Assembly (NCBI RefSeq): GCF_026626585.1
Contig: NZ_JAPNKD010000018.1
Span: forward strand, 1 to 11,717
DNA: 11,717 nucleotides
Origin: Nannocystis sp. ILAH1
GTDB lineage: Bacteria; Myxococcota_A; Polyangia; Nannocystales; Nannocystaceae
Direction of reading: 5' to 3'
This document shows, in pieces, positions 1 to 5,706 of this stretch; positions within the stretch are counted from its first letter, which is position 1, and each line of letters starts with the position of its first letter. Position numbers and translations under genes: made by a program. The notes beneath the pieces were generated by a model. That model was not told the DNA's origin. It searched no databases and was given only the letters and a program-made list of their open reading frames with translations.

Positions 1-448
1 GCACGCTCAGCTGCACGCTGCCGGTCTGGAGGTCGTTGAGGTCGGTGATGCCCGAGGCCTCGTGGACCATCATGCAGCGCGGGCTCTTCTGCAGGCCGGG
101 GACGAGCGCGACCACCGGGGCGCCCTGGGCCCGCGCGAGCAGGATCTCGCTGGCGTCGGCGATGCCGAACTGGACGCGACCCGCGGCCACCTGCGGCAGG
201 ACCGGGGCGTCGGGCCGCCCGGGCACGAGCTCGACGTCGAGGCCCTCTTCCTTGTAGTAGCCGTGGACGAGGGCGGCGAAGTAGCCGCCGTGCTCGACCT
301 CGGGGAACCAGTTGAGGGCGATCCGCACCTGCTGCGAGTCCTGCTGGCGGCCGCAGGTGACGAGCAGCAAGCCGAGGCAGGCGACGAGCAGGCGGACGAG
401 GGCGCCGAACCGCGGGCGCGGCGGGACCGGTCGGAGCGGAGCGCGCAT
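1..448 (-). CDS. ABC transporter substrate-binding lipoprotein, NMT1/THI5 (SsuA/TauA/ThiY-like) family. Only the N-terminal ~149 aa are present; the gene continues past the left edge.
   Basis: My translation of the minus strand from the ATG at 448-446 gives MRAPLRPVPPRPRFGALVRLLVACLGLLLVTCGRQQDSQQVRIALNWFPEVEHGGYFAALVHGYYKEEGLDVELVPGRPDAPVLPQVAAGRVQFGIADASEILLARAQGAPVVALVPGLQKSP... There is no stop before position 1. The N-terminus has a basic n-region, a hydrophobic h-region and lipobox-like LVAC/LVTC. The segment LNWFPEVEHGGYFAALVHGYYKEEGLDVEL matches the N-terminal signature of the NMT1/THI5 periplasmic-binding family (LNWxP...GYFKExGLD). Third codon positions are GC-rich. The ORF is missing from the supplied track, probably because it has no in-window stop. 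Confidence 0.6.
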   Translation of the reverse strand, partial: MRAPLRPVPPRPRFGALVRLLVACLGLLLVTCGRQQDSQQVRIALNWFPEVEHGGYFAALVHGYYKEEGLDVELVPGRPDAPVLPQVAAGRVQFGIADASEILLARAQGAPVVALVPGLQKSPRCMMVHEASGITDLNDLQTGSVQLSV

Positions 449-513
449 GCCGGAAGCGTACACCCGAGCGCCACGGACGCACCAGCGGCCTCGACCGTGC
501 CACGGGGCGCATC

Positions 514-577
514 CATGGGGGCATGGTCTCGAGGACATGAATAAAAGAGCATGTCCTCGGGGACATGTGAAGTGTGG
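514..577. repeat. CATG-phased 14-bp tandem array, copy A. CATG at 514, 522, 536, 550, 564; four units are exactly 14 bp.
   Basis: Read directly. Units are CATGGTCTCGAGGA / CATGAATAAAAGAG / CATGTCCTCGGGGA / CATGTGAAGTGTGG. The 10-bp spacers are variants of the palindrome TCCTCGAGGA. The array lies between the reductase stop (719) and the substrate-binding gene start (448). Confidence 0.7.
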
Positions 578-718
578 CGTCCGGCGGGCAGTGCGAGGCA
601 GAAGCTCGCGGGCTCGCGCGGCGGAGCTCCGCGAAGACGGTCTCTCGCGGCGTGGTGCGCTTCCCCGCAGGTGAGTGCGACCCGACCGGAGCGCGGCACG
701 TGGGCTCCGCCCGCCGGT

Positions 719-1768
719 TCAGGCGACGGGGATCGGCGGCGGGACGATGCTGTCGGGCTGGCCGCCGGCGATCCGCGGGCGGCTGCTCTCGACCTGCTGG
801 TGCGGGGTGCCGAGGGCGATCGCGCTGGCGGCGTCGAGGCGGGCGAGCTGGGCCGGCGCGAGCTCGAGGGTGAGCGCGGCGAGGGCGGCGTCGAGATGTG
901 GGCGGGTGCGCGGGCCGAGGATGGGGATCCGCGCGGTCGTGGAGCGATCGGCGTGGGCCAGCGACCAGGCGAGGGCGACCTGGGTCGGGGCGACGCCGGC
1001 CTCGGCGGCGACTGCGACCACGGCGTCGAGGATGCTGGTCTCGCGCGCGGTCTTCTCGGTGTGGACGAGCATGCCGAGGCCGGTGAGGCGGCCCTCGTCG
1101 CTGGTGCGGTACTTGCCGGTGAGGAAGCCGCCGCCGAGCGGCGACCACAGGGCCGCGCCGAGCCCCAGCGCCTCGGCCATCGGCAGCAGCTCGCGCTCCC
1201 CGGTGCGCTCGACCAGGCTGTGCTCGATCTGCACGCCCGCGAGCGGGGTCCACCCGCGCAGCTCGGCGATCGCGTCGCCTCGCGCGACCCGCCAGGCGGG
1301 GAAGTTCGAAAGGCCGCCGTAGAGGATCTTGCCGGCCCGCGCGAGGTCGTCGAGGCCGCGCACGATCTCATCGATCGGGGTCAGGCCGTCGGGGAAGTGG
1401 ACCCAATACAGCTCGATGCGGTCGGTCTTGAGCCGGCGCAGGCTGGCCTCGAGCGCGGCGATCATGGTCTTGCGGCTGTTGCCGGTGGCGTGCAGGCCGC
1501 CCCCGACGCCGAGGGTGTACTTGCTGGCGACGACGAAGCGGTCGCGCTCGGCCGCGAGGAACTCGCCGAGCAGTTGCTCCGACTGGCCGACCTGGTAGGT
1601 GTCGGCGGTGTCGATGAAGTTGCCGCCCGCCTCGGCGTAGGCGTCGAAGATCCGCCGCGCCTCGGCGGGCTCGCTGCCGTGGCCCCAACCAGTGCCGAAG
1701 TTGCCGGTGCCGAGGGCGAGCTCGGAGACGCGTAAGCCTGTGCGACGACCGAATGTCCTGTACCGCAT
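719..1768 (-). CDS. Aldo/keto reductase (AKR superfamily, NADPH-dependent oxidoreductase)
   Basis: 349-aa ORF. The N-terminus MRYRTFGRRTGLRVSELALGTGNFG is the classic AKR start. Catalytic tetrad candidates are D/Y in FIDTADTYQ, K in VVASKY and H in WVHFPD. Third codon positions are GC-rich. AGGAG sits about 6 nt upstream of the ATG, read as reverse complement at 1774-1778. The overlapping ORFs 70..1371(-), 551..1735(+) and 675..1322(+) are low-complexity alternate frames. Confidence 0.85.
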   Translation of the reverse strand: MRYRTFGRRTGLRVSELALGTGNFGTGWGHGSEPAEARRIFDAYAEAGGNFIDTADTYQVGQSEQLLGEFLAAERDRFVVASKYTLGVGGGLHATGNSRKTMIAALEASLRRLKTDRIELYWVHFPDGLTPIDEIVRGLDDLARAGKILYGGLSNFPAWRVARGDAIAELRGWTPLAGVQIEHSLVERTGERELLPMAEALGLGAALWSPLGGGFLTGKYRTSDEGRLTGLGMLVHTEKTARETSILDAVVAVAAEAGVAPTQVALAWSLAHADRSTTARIPILGPRTRPHLDAALAALTLELAPAQLARLDAASAIALGTPHQQVESSRPRIAGGQPDSIVPPPIPVA

Positions 1769-1775
1769 CGTGTGC

Positions 1776-1830
1776 TCCTGAGGTGATTTTTAGATTATGG
1801 ACGTCATATGGAATCGGCAAGGGGATGGCG
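1776..1830. promoter_or_regulatory. AT-rich divergent promoter region between the reductase (-) and the MFS gene (+). It contains a direct repeat TATGGA(1796-1801)/TATGGA(1807-1812) and the GACGTC/CATATG palindromes.
   Basis: A local drop in GC (tgatttttagattatggacgtcatatggaatcgg) in a ~70% GC background, lying between divergently oriented genes. No -10/-35 consensus is asserted. Confidence 0.35.
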
Positions 1831-1895
1831 CGTGAGTTCGGTTGAATCGGGTCGGGCGGATCCGCGCGGCGAGGGCTTGCGATCCGGAAATTATT

Positions 1896-1912
1896 CGTTC
1901 AATGATTGAACG
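1896..1912. promoter_or_regulatory. Perfect 17-bp palindrome CGTTCAAT-G-ATTGAACG. Candidate operator for the HxlR-type regulator, or another dimeric wHTH repressor, abutting the MFS start codon.
   Basis: Read directly: 8-bp inverted arms with a 1-bp centre. It is AT-rich and lies immediately 5' of the ATG at 1914. HxlR/MarR-type regulators bind palindromes of this size near the genes they control. Confidence 0.5.
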
Positions 1913-1913
1913 C

Positions 1914-3278
1914 ATGGAGATGCGTCTGTCCCCGTTGGTCGTGGCCAGCCTGGCCGTGTTCGCGGTGTTCCTCGACACGACGGTGCTGTTCGTGGCGTTC
2001 CCGTCGATCGCGGCGACGTTCCCGGCGGTGCCGACGGCCGAGCTGTCGTGGGTGCTGAACGCGTACACGATCGTGTTCGCGGCCGCGCTGGTGCCGTTCG
2101 GGCGGCTCGCCGATCGCTGGGGGCATCGGGCGATGTTCCTGGCCGGGTCGATCGGATTCACCCTGGCGTCGCTGCTGTGCGCGGCGGCGCCGACTCCGGG
2201 GCTGCTGGTGGCCGCGCGCGTGCTGCAGGCGGCCGGCGGCGCGGCGCTGGTGCCTTCGTCGCTGGCGCTGGTGATGCGGGCGACGCCGCGCGAGAAGCTG
2301 CCGGTGGCGCTGGCGGTGTGGGGCGCGACGGGGGCGGTGGCCGGGGCGGTCGGGCCGACGCTCGGCGCGGCGCTGATCGAGGCGTGCGGCTGGCGCTGGG
2401 TGTTCGCCATCAACCTGCCGGTCGGGCTGGTGACTGTGCTGCTCGGGCGCCGGCGACTGGCCGAGTCACGCGACCCGGACAGCGTGCTGCCGGCGCCGCT
2501 CGGGGTGGTGCTGCTGGTGCTCGCGGCGGTGTTGATCACTCTGGCGCTGGTGCTCGGCGAGGCGTGGGGCTGGACGTCGCAACGGACCGCGGCGACTCTG
2601 GTGGCCGGCCTGGCGACCCTGGCGGTGTTCGTGCTCCATCAGGCGCGCACGCGGGCGCCGACGATCGATCTGTCGCTGTTCGCGGCGAGCAACTTCCGCT
2701 GGGCCAACGCGGCGACGCTGACGTTCGGCGCGGCGTTCACTGCGATGTTCCTGGCCAGCGTCCTGTTCCTCACCGCGGTGTGGGACTGGTCGATCCTCGC
2801 GGCGGGCTTCGGCGTGGCGCCCGGGCCGCTGCTGGTGGCGGTGCTGTCACCGCGGTTCGGGCGGCTGGCGGCGCGGATCGGCCAGCGACCGCTGCTTATC
2901 GTCGGCGGGCTGTCGTTCGCGCTCGGAGGGCTGTGGCGCCTGCTGATGCTGTCGGCCGAGGTCGACTACGCGATCGACTATCTGCCGTCGATGCTGCTGA
3001 CGGGGACGGGGGTGGCGCTGTGCCTGCCGCAGCTGTCGAGCGTGGTCGGCCAGGCGCTGCCGGCCAATCGCCTCGGGGTCGGCGGGGCGGTCCACCAGGC
3101 GCTGCGCCAATTCGCGGGGACGCTCGGGGTGGCGCTGGCGATCGGGCTGACTGCCGGGGCGAGCGGGCCGGCCGACGCGCTGGCGCGGTTCGACCGGGTG
3201 TGGTGGGTGATGATCGCCGGCGGCTTGGCGACCGCGCTGTGCTCGCTGCCCCTTCGGACAGGTCCGGCCCGGGCGTGA
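1914..3278 (+). CDS. MFS transporter, DHA2 (EmrB/QacA-like 14-TMS drug:H+ antiporter) family
   Basis: TM1 is LSPLVVASLAVFAVFLDTTVLFVAFPSIAATF. Motif A is GRLADRWGHR. Antiporter motif C is GAVGPTLGAALIE. There are many hydrophobic spans. The track ORF begins at 1842, but codons 1881-1913 have A/T-rich third positions and overlap the palindrome, so I prefer the ATG at 1914 (MEMRLSP...). The start is uncertain; 1842, 1902 and 1920 are all possible. Confidence 0.8.
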   Translation: MEMRLSPLVVASLAVFAVFLDTTVLFVAFPSIAATFPAVPTAELSWVLNAYTIVFAAALVPFGRLADRWGHRAMFLAGSIGFTLASLLCAAAPTPGLLVAARVLQAAGGAALVPSSLALVMRATPREKLPVALAVWGATGAVAGAVGPTLGAALIEACGWRWVFAINLPVGLVTVLLGRRRLAESRDPDSVLPAPLGVVLLVLAAVLITLALVLGEAWGWTSQRTAATLVAGLATLAVFVLHQARTRAPTIDLSLFAASNFRWANAATLTFGAAFTAMFLASVLFLTAVWDWSILAAGFGVAPGPLLVAVLSPRFGRLAARIGQRPLLIVGGLSFALGGLWRLLMLSAEVDYAIDYLPSMLLTGTGVALCLPQLSSVVGQALPANRLGVGGAVHQALRQFAGTLGVALAIGLTAGASGPADALARFDRVWWVMIAGGLATALCSLPLRTGPARA

Positions 3279-3291
3279 TACAACGAGCCTC

Positions 3292-3741
3292 GTGCGGCGC
3301 AAGCGACTCGACCGGATGCAGTGCTCGATCGCGCGGGCGCTCGACGTCGTCGGCGACCCGTGGACGCTGCTGCTCGTGCGCGACGCGCTGCTCGGGGTGA
3401 CGCGCTTCGAGGCGTTTCAGGCGCGGCTGCAGATCCCGCGGGCCACGTTGACGGCCCGCCTGGAGCACCTGGTCGCCGCGGGAATCCTCGAGCGCCGGTC
3501 CTATCAGGATCATCCGCCGCGCGAGGAGTACGTGCCGACGGCGAAGGGCCGGGGGCTGCGGCCGGTGATCGTGACTCTGATGCAGTGGGGCGACGAGTTC
3601 GCCCGCGAAGACCCACCGCCGACGGTGCTCGAGGACGCCGCCACGGGGCTGCCGATCGAGCCGGTGCTGGTCGACCGCGTCAGCGGGGCGCCGCTCACCG
3701 CGCTGCGGGTGCGCGCGGTCGGACCGGTGGTGCCGCGGTGA
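3292..3741 (+). CDS. HxlR-family (MarR-like winged-helix) transcriptional regulator. Probably a thiol-based electrophile/redox sensor.
   Basis: MQCSIARALDVVGDPWTLLLVRDALLGVTRFEAFQARLQIPRATLTARLEHLVAAGILERR matches the HxlR signature C-x-I/V-A-R-x-L-D-x-x-G-D-x-W-T, with an N-proximal Cys as in YodB/HypR/QorR-type regulators. The start may be the ATG at 3292 or at 3319. There is a ~45-aa C-terminal extension. Confidence 0.8.
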   Translation: MRRKRLDRMQCSIARALDVVGDPWTLLLVRDALLGVTRFEAFQARLQIPRATLTARLEHLVAAGILERRSYQDHPPREEYVPTAKGRGLRPVIVTLMQWGDEFAREDPPPTVLEDAATGLPIEPVLVDRVSGAPLTALRVRAVGPVVPR

Positions 3742-3752
3742 GGTTGAGGGAG

Positions 3753-3822
3753 CATGCTCGTTCGAGCATGTCCTCGAGTGCATGAAGGATGGGGCATGTC
3801 GGAGGAGACATGCGCGAAAGGT
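3753..3822. repeat. CATG-phased 14-bp tandem array, copy B. Five units: CATG at 3753, 3767, 3781, 3795, 3809, each exactly 14 bp apart.
   Basis: Units are CATGCTCGTTCGAG / CATGTCCTCGAGTG / CATGAAGGATGGGG / CATGTCGGAGGAGA / CATGCGCGAAAGGT. The array lies between convergent genes (HxlR stop at 3741, permease stop at 3822-3824). The last unit ends at the permease stop codon. Confidence 0.75.
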
Positions 3823-4610
3823 CAGGAGACTGCGAGCTCGCGGCCGCGCCAGCGGCGGAGGGCGAGCTCGCCGAGCAGGGCGACGAGGCCGAACAGCAGC
3901 AGGCCGAGCAGGGTGGCGGTGAAGATCGCGGCGAACAGGTAGGCGGTCTGCAGGCGGCCGGAGGTCTGGAGGATGAGGGCGCCGAGGCCGAGCTCGTCGG
4001 CGCCGAAGCCGGCGAAGAACTCGCCGACGATGGCGCCGATGACCGCGAGGCCGCCGCTGATCTTGGCGCCGGCGACGAAGTAGGGCAGCGAGCCGGGCAG
4101 GCGCAGCTTGAGCAGCAGCTGCAGGCGCGAGGCGTCGCTCATGGCGAACAGCTCGAGCAGCTGCGGGTCGACGCGGACGAGGCCGGTGGTGCCGTTGGTG
4201 ATGATCGGGAAGACGCTGAGGATCGCGGCGGTGAGGACGACGCTCTGCAGGCCGGTGCCGAACCACACGACGATCAGCGGGGCGACGGCGACGATCGGGA
4301 CGGTCTGCAGGAAGATCGCGTACGGGTAGAGGCTGCGCGCCGCCGTCTGCGACTGCGAGAACAGGACTGCTACCAGGCCGCCGACGACGAGGCTGGCCCC
4401 GAGGCCGCCGAGCGCGCCGAGGGCGGTCAGCAGCGCGGCCTGGGCGAGCTCGCCGACGTGGGCTGCGGCCTCGCGTGCGACCTCGGCCGGGGTCGGCACG
4501 AGGTAGGCCGGCAGCGCCAGGGCGCTGCAGGCGAGCTGCCACAGGCCGAGGAGGGCGAGGAAGACGAGGAGCGGCGGGAGCGCGGCTCGAGCGGCCGATG
4601 CGAGGGACAT
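3822..4610 (-). CDS. ABC transporter permease, nitrate/sulfonate/bicarbonate (SsuC/TauC-like) family
   Basis: 262-aa polytopic hydrophobic protein (…LLTALGALGGLGASLVVGGLVAVLF…IFLQTVPIVAVAPLIVVWFG…) with a BPD-transporter-like loop around GLVRVDPQLLELFAMSDASRLQLLLKLRLPGSLPYFVAGAKIS. It sits adjacent to an ABC ATPase on the same strand. Confidence 0.8.
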   Translation of the reverse strand: MSLASAARAALPPLLVFLALLGLWQLACSALALPAYLVPTPAEVAREAAAHVGELAQAALLTALGALGGLGASLVVGGLVAVLFSQSQTAARSLYPYAIFLQTVPIVAVAPLIVVWFGTGLQSVVLTAAILSVFPIITNGTTGLVRVDPQLLELFAMSDASRLQLLLKLRLPGSLPYFVAGAKISGGLAVIGAIVGEFFAGFGADELGLGALILQTSGRLQTAYLFAAIFTATLLGLLLFGLVALLGELALRRWRGRELAVS

Positions 4611-4779
4611 GCGAGGAGGCAGAGAGGAGAGGAGGAGGCGAGGTGCCGGCGCCAGGCGAGGGAGCGGGGAGATGTGGGGAGGAGGAAGGCCGGCTGCGGC
4701 GGCGGGGCGGGGATCGGCCGGGAGAGCTGTCCCGAGGGACTTGTGTGGAGGGACAGGTGCGAAGGGACAGGCGGAGAGG
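4611..4779 (-). other. 169-nt intra-operon spacer. It is ~80% purine on the + strand, so the transcribed minus-strand RNA is a polypyrimidine tract. It contains short direct repeats and there is no Shine-Dalgarno before the permease ATG.
   Basis: On the + strand: gaggaggcagagaggagaggaggaggcgagg … gagggacaggtgcgaagggacaggcggagagg, with AGGGACAGG(T/C)G repeated. The inverted repeat GTCCC-GA-GGGAC lies at 4729-4740. The GGAGG motifs are on the non-coding strand relative to the flanking genes. Confidence 0.5.
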
Positions 4780-5622
4780 TCAGGTCCGAACAGGCAGGTC
4801 CGAAGGGTCAGGCGGGGCGGCGGCGCGCAAGTGGGCGCGGACGTCGGCGGCGATCGCCGCGAACTCGGGGCTGCCGATCAGGGCGGCGCGGCGCGGGCGC
4901 GGCAGGGCGATCGGGATGTCGGCGACCACGCGGCCGGGGCGGCCGGAGAGGACGATGACGCGGTCGCCGAGCAGGACCGCTTCGGCGACGCTGTGGGTGA
5001 CGGCCAGGGCGGTGAAGCGGTCGCGCTCCCACAGGCGCAGCAGCTCGTCGTTGAGCCGCTCGCGCGTGAGCTCGTCGAGGGCGCCGAACGGCTCGTCGAG
5101 CAGGAGCAGCTCGGGCCGGGTGACGAGGGCGCGGGCCAGGGAGGCCCGCATCTTCATGCCGCCCGAGAGCGCAGTCGGCGGGGCGGCGGCGAACTCCGAC
5201 AGGCCGACGAGCGCGAGCGCGGCGTCGGCGGCGGTGGTCTGCTCGGCTTTCGGGGCGCGCGCGAGCTCGAGCGGGAGGCGGACGTTGGCGTGCAGGCTGC
5301 GCCACGGGAGCAGGGTCGGATCCTGAAACACGAAGGCGACCGCGCGGCGCGCCCGGGCCCGCTCGGGGGCCTCGCCCGCGACTGTGATGGTGCCCGCGCT
5401 GGCGGGCGCGAGGCCGGCTGCCACGCGCAGGAAGGTCGACTTGCCGCAGCCCGAGGGGCCGATGAGGGCGAGCAGCTCGCCGCGGCGGACGACGAGGTCG
5501 AGGCCGCTCAGGGCCTGCACGCCGCCCGCGAACTGCACGCCGAGGCCGCGGGCCTCGATGTGCGGGGCTGGGGCCGGCTCGGTCACGCGGCGGACGCTAA
5601 CACAGCAGCGGACGCGACGCAC
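4780..5622 (-). CDS. ABC transporter ATP-binding protein (SsuB/TauB-like)
   Basis: Walker A is GPSGCGKST. The ABC signature is LSGGMKMRASLARAL. Walker B is LLLLDEPFGALD. The H-loop is AVTHSV. The start may be the ATG at 5622 or, more likely, the GTG at ~5585 (VTEPAPAPHIEARGLGV…). Confidence 0.8.
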   Translation of the reverse strand: MRRVRCCVSVRRVTEPAPAPHIEARGLGVQFAGGVQALSGLDLVVRRGELLALIGPSGCGKSTFLRVAAGLAPASAGTITVAGEAPERARARRAVAFVFQDPTLLPWRSLHANVRLPLELARAPKAEQTTAADAALALVGLSEFAAAPPTALSGGMKMRASLARALVTRPELLLLDEPFGALDELTRERLNDELLRLWERDRFTALAVTHSVAEAVLLGDRVIVLSGRPGRVVADIPIALPRPRRAALIGSPEFAAIAADVRAHLRAAAPPDPSDLPVRT

Positions 5623-5706
5623 AGGCAGCCGGACGGCTTCGTGGTGACGGCGATCGGCGACACGGCGCGACGGACGAGCGAGGCGCTCGGCGTCCGGGTG
5701 GCGGCG

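Noticed and set aside
578-718. Possible GC-rich terminator hairpin downstream of the reductase (GAAGCTCGCGG…CCGCGAAG, ~612-652)
   Set aside because: The inverted repeat is imperfect, with several mismatches and no U-tract. It cannot be distinguished from chance complementarity in GC-rich sequence.
70-1371. 433-aa ORF on the - strand overlapping the reductase gene. The same applies to 551..1735(+) and 675..1322(+).
   Set aside because: Ser/Ala/Pro/Arg low-complexity translations typical of out-of-frame reading in 70% GC DNA. The in-frame aldo/keto reductase at 719..1768(-) has clear family motifs.
3753-3822. CRISPR array interpretation of the 14-bp CATG repeats
   Set aside because: The repeat unit is 4 bp with 10-bp spacers, far below CRISPR dimensions. 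There are no cas genes, and the spacers are related to one another as degenerate palindromes.
2048-4542. Long ORFs 2048..3400(+), 2896..4542(-), 2978..3616(-), 3321..3785(+), 3789..4958(+)
   Set aside because: Gly/Arg/Ala/Asp-rich nonsense translations in alternate frames. They lie antisense to the MFS, HxlR and permease genes and have no recognisable domains.
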